A stretch of 64,000 nucleotides of DNA from Thermodesulfobacteriota bacterium (GCA_034189385.1 JAXHVD010000009.1:30821-94820), one strand, 5' to 3'; shown: positions 29,238-43,661, counted from the first letter of the stretch. The notes: a model not told the origin generated them from the sequence alone. Made by a program: numbers and translations.

Positions 29238-30458
29238 ATGGCAACACGTAAAAAGATCGACCTGACAGAGGGGACGAGACCAGACCGAAAAGCAACCCTT
29301 TATAAGGGCATTGCATACCTTGCCATACCACTGGCCGCCCTCCTTGTCTTTGCGGGGATCTGGGTATACGGAAGAGACCGGCCAGTCCAATCAAAACCGG
29401 TTCGCCATTTTCCGATACCTGTCTTTGAAACCCATAAGTCTCACGGTACAGAGGCCAAGGTCAAAGAACTGGACCGGCACATCTGTGACGCACTCCTGGC
29501 CTTGGGGGTCTCTCAAGAGGCCGTGGTATTCAACACGGTACAAACCAAAAACGATGGTGGTGACCAGTGGACGTACTCTGACATGGAGGTGCGCATAAAG
29601 AAGGTGCCTCCTGTCACAGAGGTGAGGGCCGTCTTTTTGCACAGCCTGAGCCTATCTATTCCAGAGGGTGGACTCCACGTTACATTGGGACCTCAAGACC
29701 AGACCGTTGTGGAGGTCTCGGTGAACGGGCACCCAACACATCGGGTGGCTTTTGTGGCGGTTACATACGAAAAGCCGACCCCGGCCCCACCAATCGGCCT
29801 TCCCCAAGTCGCTATTATCATAGACGACTTTGGATACGACAAAGAGACCGCTTTAAGGTTCCTAGAACTTGACGGAGTGCTCGCCTTTTCCGTCCTTCCT
29901 CACAGTCCTTTCCAGTCGGAGATCGCCTCTGCGATCCACGAGACTGGCCGTGATGTCCTTCTCCATCTTCCCATGGAACCCTTGGACTATCCGGTCGTGA
30001 ACCCCGGAAAAGGCGCCCTTATTGCTTCTATGGAGCCAAAGGAACTCTTGGATCAACTATTGGAGGACTTGGCTGCCGTGCCTTTTATCGTAGGTGTGAA
30101 CAATCACATGGGCTCCAAGCTCACCCAAGATGCAGTGAAAATGAGCCAGATCTTTAAGGTGTTAAAGGGCCGCCATCTATTCTTTGTAGACAGTCTCACC
30201 AGTCCATTGTCAAGTTGCGCAGACGCGGCAAGGATGTTGGACCTGCGATTCGCCTGTCGCCAGGTTTTCTTGGACCACGTTCAAGAGCCCAACGCCATCC
30301 GATTTCAAATCAAGCGTCTCGTTACAGTGGCCAAAAAACGGGGCCAGGCTATCGGCATCGGCCACCCCTATCCCATCACCTGGAAAATTTTAAAACAAGA
30401 ACTCCCTCATATTAAAAGACAAGTGAAGCTGGTTCCTGTTTCGCAAATCGTGGGATAA
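29238..30458 (+). CDS. Divergent polysaccharide deacetylase (YibQ-like)
   Basis: AIIIDDFG, LHLPMEP, NNHMGS, FFVDS, IGIGHP; N-terminal TM segment. Confidence 0.92.
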   Translation: MATRKKIDLTEGTRPDRKATLYKGIAYLAIPLAALLVFAGIWVYGRDRPVQSKPVRHFPIPVFETHKSHGTEAKVKELDRHICDALLALGVSQEAVVFNTVQTKNDGGDQWTYSDMEVRIKKVPPVTEVRAVFLHSLSLSIPEGGLHVTLGPQDQTVVEVSVNGHPTHRVAFVAVTYEKPTPAPPIGLPQVAIIIDDFGYDKETALRFLELDGVLAFSVLPHSPFQSEIASAIHETGRDVLLHLPMEPLDYPVVNPGKGALIASMEPKELLDQLLEDLAAVPFIVGVNNHMGSKLTQDAVKMSQIFKVLKGRHLFFVDSLTSPLSSCADAARMLDLRFACRQVFLDHVQEPNAIRFQIKRLVTVAKKRGQAIGIGHPYPITWKILKQELPHIKRQVKLVPVSQIVG

Positions 30459-30486
30459 TCGCTGTCACCCTTTGATGGAAGGACTG

Positions 30487-31578
30487 TTACCTGGTCTTGG
30501 CCACAATGGCATCGATCAGTTGGTTGAAAGAATCGGAAAAGGCCTGAACGCCTTGTTGTTGGAGGACCTCACAGTTTTGGTTTAGATCGATTCCGAAGCC
30601 TTTCAGCTTTTCTAAGTACCCACGTTCCTTGTCCAGGTCTTCTTCCAGCGTCAACCTCGGATTACCGTGGTCCAAGAATGCCAACAATGTATTATGAGGT
30701 AGGGTATTGATGGTCTCCTTGCCGATCAATTCATCCACATATTTTAGGTCATAGTAGTCTGGGTTCTTTGTACTCGTGCTCCCCCATAGAACACGCTGAA
30801 TACGTGCCCCTTCTGACGCCAATTCAGAAAAGTGCTCTCCCGTAAACCATTCTTTGAACCGTTGGTAGATCATCTTGGCGTTAGCCACTGCGATTTTTCC
30901 TTGAAGATCTTGCTCGTGAAGCTCCTGCAATTGTTTGTCCGTTACGGTGTCTACTCTGCTGACAAAAAGGCTTGCCACAGAACAGACCTGATCTAAAGGC
31001 TTGCCTTTACGGAGTCTGTCTCTTAATCCCTCCATGTAAGCCTTGGCACTCCTTTCGTACTGGGCCATAGAAAAAAGAAGGGTCACATTGATATTGATTC
31101 CATCTGCCGTTAGGACCCTGATGGCCTCTGCCCCCTCTACCGTCCCAGGGACCTTGATCATGAGATTTTTCCTTCCAACTTCTTGGGAAAGTCTTCTGGC
31201 GTTTTCAATCGTTTTTTCTGGATCTTGCGCATACCTTGGAAGGACTTCAAGGCTCACATAACCGTCTAGGCCCTGTGTCCTCTCGTACGTTTCTCTCAAA
31301 AAGTCGGCCGCTATCTGTACGTCCTGAACCGTCACAACATCGTAGATCTCTTCTGGAGAGCGTCCTTTTTTTACGAGCTCTTCTATCGTTTTATTATAGA
31401 CGGCTGACCCCTTAATGGCCTTTTCAAATATACTTGGATTAGAAGTAACGCCTGTGACGCCCTTGTCCAAGAGTTTCCTAAAATCTCCGCTTTGAATCAA
31501 ACGCCGATCAATGTTATCATACCAGGGGCTTTGTCCCAATTCAGCCAATGCCAAAAGATTATTCTTCGTCATATTCAT
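30487..31578 (-). CDS. tal: Transaldolase
   Basis: GQSPWYDNI, GVTSNPSIF, NLMIKVPGT, NINVTLLFS, SLFVSRVD, WGSTSTKNP. Confidence 0.95.
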   Translation of the reverse strand: MNMTKNNLLALAELGQSPWYDNIDRRLIQSGDFRKLLDKGVTGVTSNPSIFEKAIKGSAVYNKTIEELVKKGRSPEEIYDVVTVQDVQIAADFLRETYERTQGLDGYVSLEVLPRYAQDPEKTIENARRLSQEVGRKNLMIKVPGTVEGAEAIRVLTADGININVTLLFSMAQYERSAKAYMEGLRDRLRKGKPLDQVCSVASLFVSRVDTVTDKQLQELHEQDLQGKIAVANAKMIYQRFKEWFTGEHFSELASEGARIQRVLWGSTSTKNPDYYDLKYVDELIGKETINTLPHNTLLAFLDHGNPRLTLEEDLDKERGYLEKLKGFGIDLNQNCEVLQQQGVQAFSDSFNQLIDAIVAKTR

Positions 31579-31810
31579 CTCCCTGTGAAATCATTCTACA
31601 ACCTCTCGGATATACGAACAAATACTCTATTTAAAGAGGAGAGTCAAGGACCTGTCACAACGCGCCTTTCCAGCCTTTTAAGGTACTCTATGGATAGCGT
31701 TGAGTTCTTTTAAAAACTCTGTTATTATCCTATCCCAGTACTACAGTAAACTGAAGTTTCCATTCCTTTTTCACCATAATCATGATTTCCGAGATAAACA
31801 AGGCAGCATC

Positions 31811-33094
31811 ATGACACAGCTAGAAAAGGCCCGGAAAGGGGTCATCACTAAAGCCATGGAGAGGGTGGCTCAAAAGGAGAATATTGATCCCCATCTCCTA
31901 GCGGAAAGGATCGCCAACGGTTCCGTTGTCATACCATCGAATGTTCATCATGGAAACCTTGATCCTGTAGGAATAGGCAAAGGCCTTACGATAAAAGTCA
32001 ATGCCAATATCGGTACCTCTCGTGACCATGTTGATCAGGCCGAAGAACTCTCTAAACTTTCCTTTGCCGTTGGTGCCGGTGCCGACACGATCATGGATCT
32101 CAGCACTGGCGGCGACATTACCAAGATACGTCAAGCCGTTCTCCTGGCCTCCAGATTGCCCGTTGGAACCGTCCCTATCTATCAAACAGCGGTAGAAACA
32201 GCCAGAAATACAGGAGGGATCGTTAATTTGACGACTGATCTCCTATTTGAGACGGTGGAAGAACAGGCTAAAGATGGAGTGGATTTCATGACGATCCATT
32301 GTGGTGTCACATTGGAAGCCCTTGAAAGACTCCGGATTCAAGGCCGAACCACCGATATTGTGAGCAGGGGCGGGGCCTTTTTGGCAACATGGATGCTCTA
32401 CCACCAAAGAGAAAATCCCTTTTATAAACATTTCGACCGGCTCCTTTCTGTTGCAAAGAGGCATGACATCACGTTGAGCCTTGGCGATGGGTTACGGCCT
32501 GGGTCTTTGGCAGATGCTACGGATCGGGCCCAAATAAATGAGCTCCTTATACTTGGAGAACTGACCAGCCGTGCCTGGGAAGAGGGTGTTCAGGTCATGA
32601 TAGAGGGACCAGGTCATATTCCTCTCAATGAAGTAGAGACAAATGTGGTTCTTCAAAAACGGTTGTGTCAAGGAGCTCCTTTTTATGTGTTGGGCCCACT
32701 GGTGACGGATATAGCAGCGGGCTACGATCATATTGCCTGCGCCATAGGCGGTGCCGTTGCCGGCATGGCCGGCGCTGACTTCCTTTGCTACGTCACCCCT
32801 GCAGAACACCTAAAGCTTCCATCTCCTGAAGATGTGAGAGAAGGGGTCATAGCAACCAAGATTGCGGCCCATGCAGCTGATATTGCCAGGGGACATCCCG
32901 GATCCATAGAGCGGGATCATAAGATGTCAAAGGCACGGAAGGCATTGGACTGGAAAAAGCAAATATCACTGGCCATCGACCCGAAAAAAGCCGAGGCCTA
33001 TCGTGCCAGTAGCAGACCAAGCTCAGATGAGGTCTGTACCATGTGTGGGGAATTTTGCGCCATTAAGATGGTTCGTGATTATTTCAAGTCATAA
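31811..33094 (+). CDS. thiC: Phosphomethylpyrimidine synthase (ThiC family)
   Basis: KVNANIGTS, MDLSTGG, SRGGA, GDGLRPG, EGPGH, C-terminal CTMCGEFC. A Bza-type paralogue cannot be excluded by eye. Confidence 0.9.
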   Translation: MTQLEKARKGVITKAMERVAQKENIDPHLLAERIANGSVVIPSNVHHGNLDPVGIGKGLTIKVNANIGTSRDHVDQAEELSKLSFAVGAGADTIMDLSTGGDITKIRQAVLLASRLPVGTVPIYQTAVETARNTGGIVNLTTDLLFETVEEQAKDGVDFMTIHCGVTLEALERLRIQGRTTDIVSRGGAFLATWMLYHQRENPFYKHFDRLLSVAKRHDITLSLGDGLRPGSLADATDRAQINELLILGELTSRAWEEGVQVMIEGPGHIPLNEVETNVVLQKRLCQGAPFYVLGPLVTDIAAGYDHIACAIGGAVAGMAGADFLCYVTPAEHLKLPSPEDVREGVIATKIAAHAADIARGHPGSIERDHKMSKARKALDWKKQISLAIDPKKAEAYRASSRPSSDEVCTMCGEFCAIKMVRDYFKS

Positions 33095-33347
33095 TCCAAC
33101 AACCCCTCAAATCCTTTGGTTATTGTAGAATATCCTTTCCCTTGGGTTGTTCGTTTTGGGTTGATATTTTTTCAGTAATTCATTAGTTATTGACTAGGTA
33201 TATGTCCCTTCATTCCTATCTCATTTTTTCCTTTCATTTATAGACATAGCGCAGGGGGATTTTTTCTATTCGCTTTAGCATGTTGGAAGCTTATAGACAC
33301 TATTGGCATCCCTTATTATGAATCTATTTATTAAGAAAGAATTATAG
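33095..33347. other. Candidate replication origin region
   Basis: AT-rich intergenic region before dnaN; two TTATAGACA 9-mers (33238, 33291), each one mismatch from TTWTNCACA; G/C skew appears to flip here. Confidence 0.45.
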
Positions 33348-33356
33348 GTGGAGTTC

Positions 33357-36873
<3,517 letters not shown>

Positions 36874-36888
36874 GAGGAAAAGGTAATC

Positions 36889-37665
36889 ATGTTGAACCCG
36901 GTTTTTGTCTCCGCCCGTGACCTGCCCGACGCATGGTTTCAGTGTGTCTATGAGATTATCGATAAAGGGCATGAATATGTAATCGATCACGGAAGCTACG
37001 CAGGGCAAAAACGGCTTGAGTTTGACTATATTACAGTCCACATCAAGTATCCTGGCGTGCGCCCTCTGATTCCCGACATTCCTGCCTCACTGGGTATTCC
37101 CAACCCCGTGGCCGAAGGATATGTGGAGGAGTACTTGCCTTATCTCATGACGCCGGACAAGAAACCGAACGAGGACTATACCTATGGAGAGCGTGTGGCT
37201 GGATGGTCCTATTTGGTGGGCGCCGAAGGTGATGGGCCCCATGGGGGGGCAGAAAAAAAGGTTCAACGGCGCATGGTGAACCAGATTGAAGAAGTCATTA
37301 GGATGTATAAAATGCGGGGCTACGGGACCAACCAGGCTGTCATGAGTGTATCAACACCCTCAGATATTCTCTTGGAAGATCCCCCATGCCTTCGCCAAAT
37401 AGACACACGGATACGTGAGGGAAGACTCCATTTTGTGGTCTATTTCAGGTCTTGGGATCTGTGGAACGGTTTTCCGGCCAACCTTGGGGGGCTTCAGCTC
37501 CTAAAGGAGTATATGGCCAGTGAGATAGGGGTGGACGACGGGGAGATCATCGCGGCGAGTAAAGGCCTCCACCTATATGACTACGCATGGGAATTGGCAC
37601 AGCTTCGCACGATGAGAACAGAGGAGACAACAACGGGTGAAGAGGTCGCGGCGGGGACTGGATAG
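36889..37665 (+). CDS. thyA: Thymidylate synthase (short, archaeal-like ThyA type)
   Basis: YTYGER, PPCL catalytic Cys, FRSWD, FPAN, GLHLY. Confidence 0.85.
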   Translation: MLNPVFVSARDLPDAWFQCVYEIIDKGHEYVIDHGSYAGQKRLEFDYITVHIKYPGVRPLIPDIPASLGIPNPVAEGYVEEYLPYLMTPDKKPNEDYTYGERVAGWSYLVGAEGDGPHGGAEKKVQRRMVNQIEEVIRMYKMRGYGTNQAVMSVSTPSDILLEDPPCLRQIDTRIREGRLHFVVYFRSWDLWNGFPANLGGLQLLKEYMASEIGVDDGEIIAASKGLHLYDYAWELAQLRTMRTEETTTGEEVAAGTG

Positions 37666-37711
37666 CACCGATCCACGGACCTCTGTTGGGTGGCACAACT
37701 CTGTATGGATA

Positions 37712-37966
37712 CTAGATAACTAAGCGGATCTGTTCCCCTCCCCGGACGATCTTGGTTCCCACAGACGTGGCACATGCAGCACAAAGGTATTCATATTTTT
37801 CCCCTTCTGGAAGGACTAGCAAGAGGCGCTTTCGTACTGGCATAGAGCGGTTGCACCTCGGACAATAAAGCTCTGTGGCGTCAAACTCCTTGAAGATTCC
37901 TTCCTGGGCCGGAGTTGTAGCCCTTGAAGCTTGCTGATGGGGGTTTGTGTAAAAGGGTTTGTGCAT
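37712..37966 (-). CDS. Small zinc-ribbon hypothetical protein
   Basis: CPRC...CAAC pairs; LLLVLPEGEKYEYLC. Confidence 0.7.
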   Translation of the reverse strand: MHKPFYTNPHQQASRATTPAQEGIFKEFDATELYCPRCNRSMPVRKRLLLVLPEGEKYEYLCAACATSVGTKIVRGGEQIRLVI

Positions 37967-38063
37967 GACTTTTCGTTATGGGCGATAGGGAAAGTACAAG
38001 AAATATAGTTCTTTGCCTGGCGATTGTCAAGGAGCAGGCAAAGAGGAAGGATGAGGCGGTTCT

Positions 38064-38468
38064 ATGGGTCCCAAAAAGATCAATCATATAGGTATCGCCG
38101 TGAGCGATCTTGTGGCTGCCAAGCGTTTCTATGAGGAGTCTCTTGGTCTGAAAGTGCACCATGAGGAGACGATGGGAGAGATGAAGATCGCCTTTATTCC
38201 AGTAGGGGACGTGAACCTAGAGTTGATCCAGTCCACCACTGACGATGGGGTGATTGCTAAGTTTATTGCAAAGAAGGGCCAAGGGATCCATCATATCGCT
38301 TACGAGGTGGAGGACGTGAGTGAAGCCCTTGAGAGGTTAAAGGAACAGGGGGCGAGATTAGTCGATGAGACGCCCCGAGCGGGCGCCCATGGTACCCAGG
38401 TCGCCTTTTTGCACCCAAAGAGTTCCTTTGGGGTGCTCACTGAGCTGGTCTCCAAAAAAGACGATTGA
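38064..38468 (+). CDS. mce: Methylmalonyl-CoA epimerase (VOC family)
   Basis: INHIGIAV, GIHHIAYEV, FLHPKS, GVLTEL. Confidence 0.88.
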   Translation: MGPKKINHIGIAVSDLVAAKRFYEESLGLKVHHEETMGEMKIAFIPVGDVNLELIQSTTDDGVIAKFIAKKGQGIHHIAYEVEDVSEALERLKEQGARLVDETPRAGAHGTQVAFLHPKSSFGVLTELVSKKDD

Positions 38469-38492
38469 CACCGGAATTGGTAGTGTTATAAA
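38465..38492 (+). promoter_or_regulatory. Sigma-70 promoter for tRNA-Ala
   Basis: TTGACA-N16-TATAAA with extended -10 TG. Confidence 0.6.
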
Positions 38493-38509
38493 AGAGATTC
38501 ACAAGATGC

Positions 38510-38585
38510 GGGGCTGTAGCTCAGCTGGGAGAGCGCATGACTGGCAGTCATGAGGTCAGGGGTTCGATCCCCCTCAGCTCCACCA
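38510..38585 (+). tRNA. tRNA-Ala (GGC)
   Basis: 76-nt cloverleaf GGGGCTG...CAGCTCCACCA, G3:U70 pair, anticodon loop CTGGCAG, GGTTCGATCC T-arm. Confidence 0.97.
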
Positions 38586-38594
38586 AGTAATCAC

Positions 38595-38626
38595 AAGGGG
38601 TTGGCCCTTTCGGCCGCCCCTTTTTT
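38595..38626 (+). terminator. Terminator after tRNA-Ala
   Basis: GGGG-TT-GGCC...GGCC-G-CCCC followed by T6. Confidence 0.7.
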
Positions 38627-38708
38627 AATGAGACCCGCGAAAACCTTCCTTCCTCGCTGGCCAGAAGTTCCTTGCTAAGACCGGAAGAGGGGGCTATACG
38701 AGAGACCC

Positions 38709-39422
38709 ATGAGCCAAGAAAAGCGCATAGACATTAACAAGCGGATCATCTTTGCCTTGGATGTAGACTCCCCTGAAGAGGCAAAAAAATGGGTGGAGAA
38801 GCTGGAAGGCCAGGTGAAGTTTTACAAGGTGGGCTTGGAGCTTTTCCTGGCCGGCTGGTTTCCCATGATTGAGTGGATCATCAAGCGGGACCTCGAGGTG
38901 ATGGTGGACTTGAAGTTCTTTGATGTTCCAGAAACAGTGGGACGAGCTGTCCGCCAACTAAAAGACTGCGGAGCCACTTTTGCCACCGTTCATGGAAACG
39001 ACGGGATTTTAAAGGCGGCCGCTCAGAACAAGGCAAACACCCAAATACTGGCCGTCACGGTCCTTACCAGTCTGGACCAAGGAGACATCAGAGAGCTCGG
39101 CTTTGACTGTTCTGTGGAAGACCTGGTCCTAAATAGGGCTAAGCGGGCCATCGCCATGGGTTGCGACGGCGTGGTGTCATCTGGCCTTGAGGCGTCCAAG
39201 TTAAGGGCCCACTTGGGCGACGGGTTCTTGGTGGTCGTTCCAGGTGTAAGGCCTGTTCAGAACCGACGAGACGACCAAAAGAGGGTGGTGGATGTGAGAA
39301 CGGCCTTTAAAAACGGTGCCGACTATATTGTGGTAGGCCGGCCCATCCGCCAAGCAGATGACCCGGTAGCGGTCGTTGAAAGAATGCAGACCCATATTGC
39401 AGGGGTGGTCTCAGCCCCTTAA
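38709..39422 (+). CDS. pyrF: Orotidine-5'-phosphate decarboxylase
   Basis: ALDV, KVG, DLKFFDVPETV, AVTVLTS, PGVRP, VVGRPI. Confidence 0.96.
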   Translation: MSQEKRIDINKRIIFALDVDSPEEAKKWVEKLEGQVKFYKVGLELFLAGWFPMIEWIIKRDLEVMVDLKFFDVPETVGRAVRQLKDCGATFATVHGNDGILKAAAQNKANTQILAVTVLTSLDQGDIRELGFDCSVEDLVLNRAKRAIAMGCDGVVSSGLEASKLRAHLGDGFLVVVPGVRPVQNRRDDQKRVVDVRTAFKNGADYIVVGRPIRQADDPVAVVERMQTHIAGVVSAP

Positions 39423-41896
39423 GGTTTGACAGGACCAGATAGAAAGGGCTTTACGCTGAGACGGTTTCCGTCTGTCGTAATCGTGATGGCCCCGGCCTGG
39501 TCCGTGCGAAATATTTGACTGCCCCAAGACGCGTAGCGCTTGACAATCTTTTCACAAGGAAGTCCAAATATCTCCTTCCTGCCCGCTGATATGACGGCAA
39601 TGGCGGGGTCCACGCATTTAAGGAAGTCCAGGGTGCTGGAGGTTTTACTCCCATGGTGAGGAACGAGGAGCACGTCACTCTTTAGTGCCTCTCCGGCCAA
39701 GGTGATGAGCTCTTGTTCTGCCTCAGCCTCGATATCTCCCGGGAACAAAAAAGAGCTCTCGTTATAAGAGGCCCTTAGAACGAGAGAATTGTTGTTGGTG
39801 CTGCGCCACAGATCCATTCCTTTTCGTTCAAGGAAGTCATGTGGCGGGTAAAGGACCTGAAAGGTAACACCATTTAAGGTTCGTGACCCCGTCAGGTCTT
39901 TTAATCCCACCACCTTGATCTGTTGGTCTGCCACTATTTCCTGGAGATCTTTGTATGTCCGGCTAGGTGCCTGATCTTGGGTCATCCATAGTTCCCGCAC
40001 ATTGAAATGCCTGGCAATGAAGATAAGCCCGTTTAGGTGGTCGGGGTCAGGATGAGAAAGGACCAGGGTCTCCACAGTGGCGATCTTTTTTCGCCACAAG
40101 AAAGGGGCAACAACCCTTGCTCCCACATCAAAACGATTGTCATAGAATCCTCCTCCATCTACCAGCATGCAAGCCCCCTTAGGGAGTTCCAGAAGGGCGG
40201 CGTTTCCCTGGCCCACATCGATGTAGGTCACCGTGAGATCCTGGTTGGCAAAGCGTCTCGCGGCCCAATAGGCCACATCTGTCAGGGCGAGGAGTAGGAT
40301 AATCGCCAGGGCGGCCCTTGTCAGGCGGGTTTTTCTGGGGGTGAGAAGAGCCCAGGCCAGGCCATAGTAAAGTGCCATCTCCGTCCACGTGGGAGTCACG
40401 GTCTTGATGGCCACAAAGGGCCACGTTGAAAGATGCTGTGCCAGACAGATGCCCCCTTGTAGGATCACAGCGGCTGCCTTCATGATCCACAGCGACAGTG
40501 TTGGGGTTACTGTCAAAAGGAAGGCTGCCAGCAGTCCCATTGGAACAACGAGGAATCCTACCAAGGGGACCATGAGGCAATTGGTGAAAACTCCTATAAG
40601 GGATGTTTGATTGAAGTAATAAAGGGTAAAGGGAAGGGTTCCCAGGATGGCCGCTGCAGACACCAGGAGAAAAACTCCCAGCCTCTTGTAGAGCGATAGG
40701 GGGCTGCTCCTTAACGTGGAAACAAAGGGGAGGGTTCTCAGGGCATACAAGATGGCAAAGACCGCGGCAAAAGAGAGTTGAAAGGAGATCTCAAACAGCG
40801 CCGTAGGCGTGATGATCAGGATCACCATGGCGGCCACGGCCAAGGTGTTGATGGAATCGTGTTCCTGTTCGAAAACGATGGCCAAGAGAAAGACCGTTAC
40901 CATGATCACGGCGCGTTGCGTGGCAGGTGACATGCCGGCTAGGAATCCATAGAAAAGGACCGGCATGACACTCATGAGGGCTGCCCCGCGTGTGGCCCAA
41001 GCAGCCATAAGGACGCGCTGTGATCGGGCCAGGAGATAGCGAAAGACGAAAAAGGAAAGGGTTGCCACCATGCCCACATGAAGGCCTGAGATGGCAAGGA
41101 GGTGGGAGATGCCGATACGATTGAAGGCCTGGCGGTTTTCAGGTGAAATGCCGCTCCTGTCCCCGACGATAAGGGCCTCAAGGACCTCGCGGGCCTCCTC
41201 TGGAGAGGTCTTTTGAATCAAGGAGGAGACGGCCTCTCGGCAACTTTTCAGCCAGGTGCCAATCCCGCCGCCCTTTTCTCCATGGAGTCTGACCAAAAGG
41301 TCTTTGTTTGAAACGTATGCCGAGGCCCTGATTCCTCGAAGGGCCATGTGCCGTCTATAGTTGAAGCCTCCAGGGTTGTTGAAGTTTTGGATCCCTCTTA
41401 GCGTTGCCAGACATGCGATTCGGTCGCCTGAGCGAAGGCCCAGCCCATTTGCCGCAACGGTGACACGTATAGAACCCATGACCGGATAAGAGAGCTGTTT
41501 CCTTGTGATCGATTGAAGCTTAAGAGTGAAGCGCGTCCGTTCAGAGGACTGTTGTGGAGGTCGTTCCAGGGTACCGATGATGTGCCACGGATCATCATCG
41601 ACAAAACGGGTGACGTGATGTGCTGGGAGCTCCGGTGCGATCCATCCCTGGAGGCTCCAGTAGCCCAGGAGAAAGAAGAGGACCAAGGGAAAGAGGTGAA
41701 GGGGTCGTCCTTTCCAGGCGAAGAGGACAGAGGCGAACAAGGCCCCGCAGATGGCTAGGAACACCCCTGAGAGGCCAGGCAAAGAGAGGCCCCCAGTGAT
41801 GCCGCACATAAGGGCCAGGACGGCGGGGATCAAAGGCCTGGCATAGCGTATGGGAGGATTTTCGGCTTCAGATCCTCTATGAAAAAAAGTTTTCAC
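39419..41896 (-). CDS. comEC: DNA uptake protein ComEC/Rec2
   Basis: NPGGFNY, HLLAISGLH, SFQLSF, DVGQG, SHPDPDH, PHHGS. Confidence 0.95.
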   Translation of the reverse strand: MKTFFHRGSEAENPPIRYARPLIPAVLALMCGITGGLSLPGLSGVFLAICGALFASVLFAWKGRPLHLFPLVLFFLLGYWSLQGWIAPELPAHHVTRFVDDDPWHIIGTLERPPQQSSERTRFTLKLQSITRKQLSYPVMGSIRVTVAANGLGLRSGDRIACLATLRGIQNFNNPGGFNYRRHMALRGIRASAYVSNKDLLVRLHGEKGGGIGTWLKSCREAVSSLIQKTSPEEAREVLEALIVGDRSGISPENRQAFNRIGISHLLAISGLHVGMVATLSFFVFRYLLARSQRVLMAAWATRGAALMSVMPVLFYGFLAGMSPATQRAVIMVTVFLLAIVFEQEHDSINTLAVAAMVILIITPTALFEISFQLSFAAVFAILYALRTLPFVSTLRSSPLSLYKRLGVFLLVSAAAILGTLPFTLYYFNQTSLIGVFTNCLMVPLVGFLVVPMGLLAAFLLTVTPTLSLWIMKAAAVILQGGICLAQHLSTWPFVAIKTVTPTWTEMALYYGLAWALLTPRKTRLTRAALAIILLLALTDVAYWAARRFANQDLTVTYIDVGQGNAALLELPKGACMLVDGGGFYDNRFDVGARVVAPFLWRKKIATVETLVLSHPDPDHLNGLIFIARHFNVRELWMTQDQAPSRTYKDLQEIVADQQIKVVGLKDLTGSRTLNGVTFQVLYPPHDFLERKGMDLWRSTNNNSLVLRASYNESSFLFPGDIEAEAEQELITLAGEALKSDVLLVPHHGSKTSSTLDFLKCVDPAIAVISAGRKEIFGLPCEKIVKRYASWGSQIFRTDQAGAITITTDGNRLSVKPFLSGPVKP

Positions 41897-42002
41897 AGGG
41901 ACATGTCAGCAGAAGGTCTATGTATAGCCCCTAATAGAGCGACTCTTTTTGGCGGATCGTGTGGTTACGACTCTTAGGCCGTGCAAAGGGGCCGTGGTAC
42001 CA

Positions 42003-43256
42003 TTATTCTCGTATCCGCCAGATCTGGGCCCCCAGTCGGGCCAATTTCTTTTCAATGGCCTCATAGCCCCGGTCTATGTGATAGACACGGGAGATCTCCG
42101 TCGTTCCTTCTGCGGAAAGGCCGGCCAGTATCAACGATGCGCTGGCTCTCAAGTCCGTGGCCATGACAGGGGCGCCGGTCAATGGTTTTCCGCCTTGGAC
42201 CACAGCAAAGTTGCCCGAGACCTTGATGTCTGCCCCCATGCGTTGAAGTTCGCTGACATGAATAAAGCGATTTTCAAAGATGGTTTCAGATATGACGCTC
42301 AGACCAGGGGCCAAACACATGAGCACTGTGAACTGGGCCTGCATGTCCGTTGGAAATCCAGGATAAGGCAGCGTCTTGACGTCCGCACTGGCGATAGGCC
42401 GCTCGGACAAGACGTGGAGACCGCCCCGGTCCTCTTCAATCGTAATGCCCGTCTGGCGAAGCTTGTTAACAAGGGCAGGAAGGTGGCTACGTTCACACCC
42501 TGTTATCTTTATGTCTCCCTGGGTGACGCCAGCGGCAATCATGAAGGTGCCGGTTTCTATCCTGTCGGGGATGACGGTGACAGAGGCCGGCTCCAGGGCG
42601 TGAACCCCCCTGATGGTGATGATCGGGGTGCCGGCGCCCCTTATCTTGGCCCCCATTTGATTAAGGGCCTCGGCCAGGGCCACTACCTCTGGCTCACGGG
42701 CGGCGTTCCTTAACGTGGTTTTTCCGTGGGCCAGGACTGCGGCTGTCATAAGGTGCTCCGTGCCTGTGACCGTGACAATATCAAAATAGATGTCCGCACC
42801 CTTTAGAGAGGACGCTTCGGCCTTGATATAGCCATGGTCCAGGGAGATATTTGCCCCCATGAGCTCAAGTCCCTTTAAATGCAAGTTGATGGGACGGGCG
42901 CCAATGGCGCAACCTCCGGGAAGAGAGACCCGTGCATGGCCTAACCTGGCGAGCAATGGTCCCAGGACCAGTACAGAGGCACGCATGGTTCTGACGAGGT
43001 CATAAGGGGCCTCATGGCTGTCAAGAGCGCTGGCATTGACCTTGACTCTATTTCCCTCTGTTTCTACCTGAGCGCCAAGGCCAGACAGTAGTTTATTGAT
43101 GGTGCGGATGTCTCTTAAGTCCGGGACATTGTGATAGACGTTCCATCCATCTGTAAGAAGGGACGAGACGAGGATGGGAAGGGCTGCATTCTTGGCCCCG
43201 CTTACAGCCACGGTCCCTTGCAGCCGGTGGCCCCCTTCAACGATTATTTTTTCCAT
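42003..43256 (-). CDS. murA: UDP-N-acetylglucosamine 1-carboxyvinyltransferase
   Basis: [39 protein letters not shown]. Confidence 0.97.
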   Translation of the reverse strand: MEKIIVEGGHRLQGTVAVSGAKNAALPILVSSLLTDGWNVYHNVPDLRDIRTINKLLSGLGAQVETEGNRVKVNASALDSHEAPYDLVRTMRASVLVLGPLLARLGHARVSLPGGCAIGARPINLHLKGLELMGANISLDHGYIKAEASSLKGADIYFDIVTVTGTEHLMTAAVLAHGKTTLRNAAREPEVVALAEALNQMGAKIRGAGTPIITIRGVHALEPASVTVIPDRIETGTFMIAAGVTQGDIKITGCERSHLPALVNKLRQTGITIEEDRGGLHVLSERPIASADVKTLPYPGFPTDMQAQFTVLMCLAPGLSVISETIFENRFIHVSELQRMGADIKVSGNFAVVQGGKPLTGAPVMATDLRASASLILAGLSAEGTTEISRVYHIDRGYEAIEKKLARLGAQIWRIRE

Positions 43257-43366
43257 TTAGCTTCCTTTGGCGGTTTCTTAAAGAGTCAGAAAAACGAGCT
43301 TTCGGCCATAGTGGTCCCGTATCAAGCACGGGGTAAGCTGCAGTCGGTATCGAGTCTTCCCCATAT

Positions 43367-43661
43367 ACTCAAGGTTCGCACCCCGCGTTTCCACTAATAG
43401 TAGGTCTGTCAAGACTTGTACCCCCCGGGGATCTGTAACAGAGGGAGTGGGAAATTCGGTGAACGAAGGCCTACAGCCATTGCAACCCAGAATCTTCGCA
43501 GAGCTACTAAAGGCATTGGAGGCCGAAGAGAAGCGGGTTGCCCACTCCCGAGGCTCCCATTGCATCCAAAAGGTTTAAACCAGGCTCCTTCTGTTTTCTA
43601 GAAACCTCAGCGCACGGTTAGCCGTTATTTCTAACGGTTGATAAGGGTGCGAAACTTAGAT
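43367..43661. mobile_element. MITE (295 bp), degenerate copy
   Basis: TIRs ACTCAAGGTTCGCACCC / GGGTGCGAAACTTAGAT; near-TSD CATAT/AATAT; end-to-end inverted homologue at 50914-51207. Confidence 0.8.

Noticed and set aside
31579..31810. TPP riboswitch upstream of thiC
   Set aside because: The GCTGAGA and CCTGAT signature segments were not found.
38510..38700. Island integrated at tRNA-Ala
   Set aside because: No integrase and no duplicated tRNA 3' end seen; pyrF follows directly.
41949..42713. 254-aa plus-strand ORF
   Set aside because: Antisense shadow of murA.
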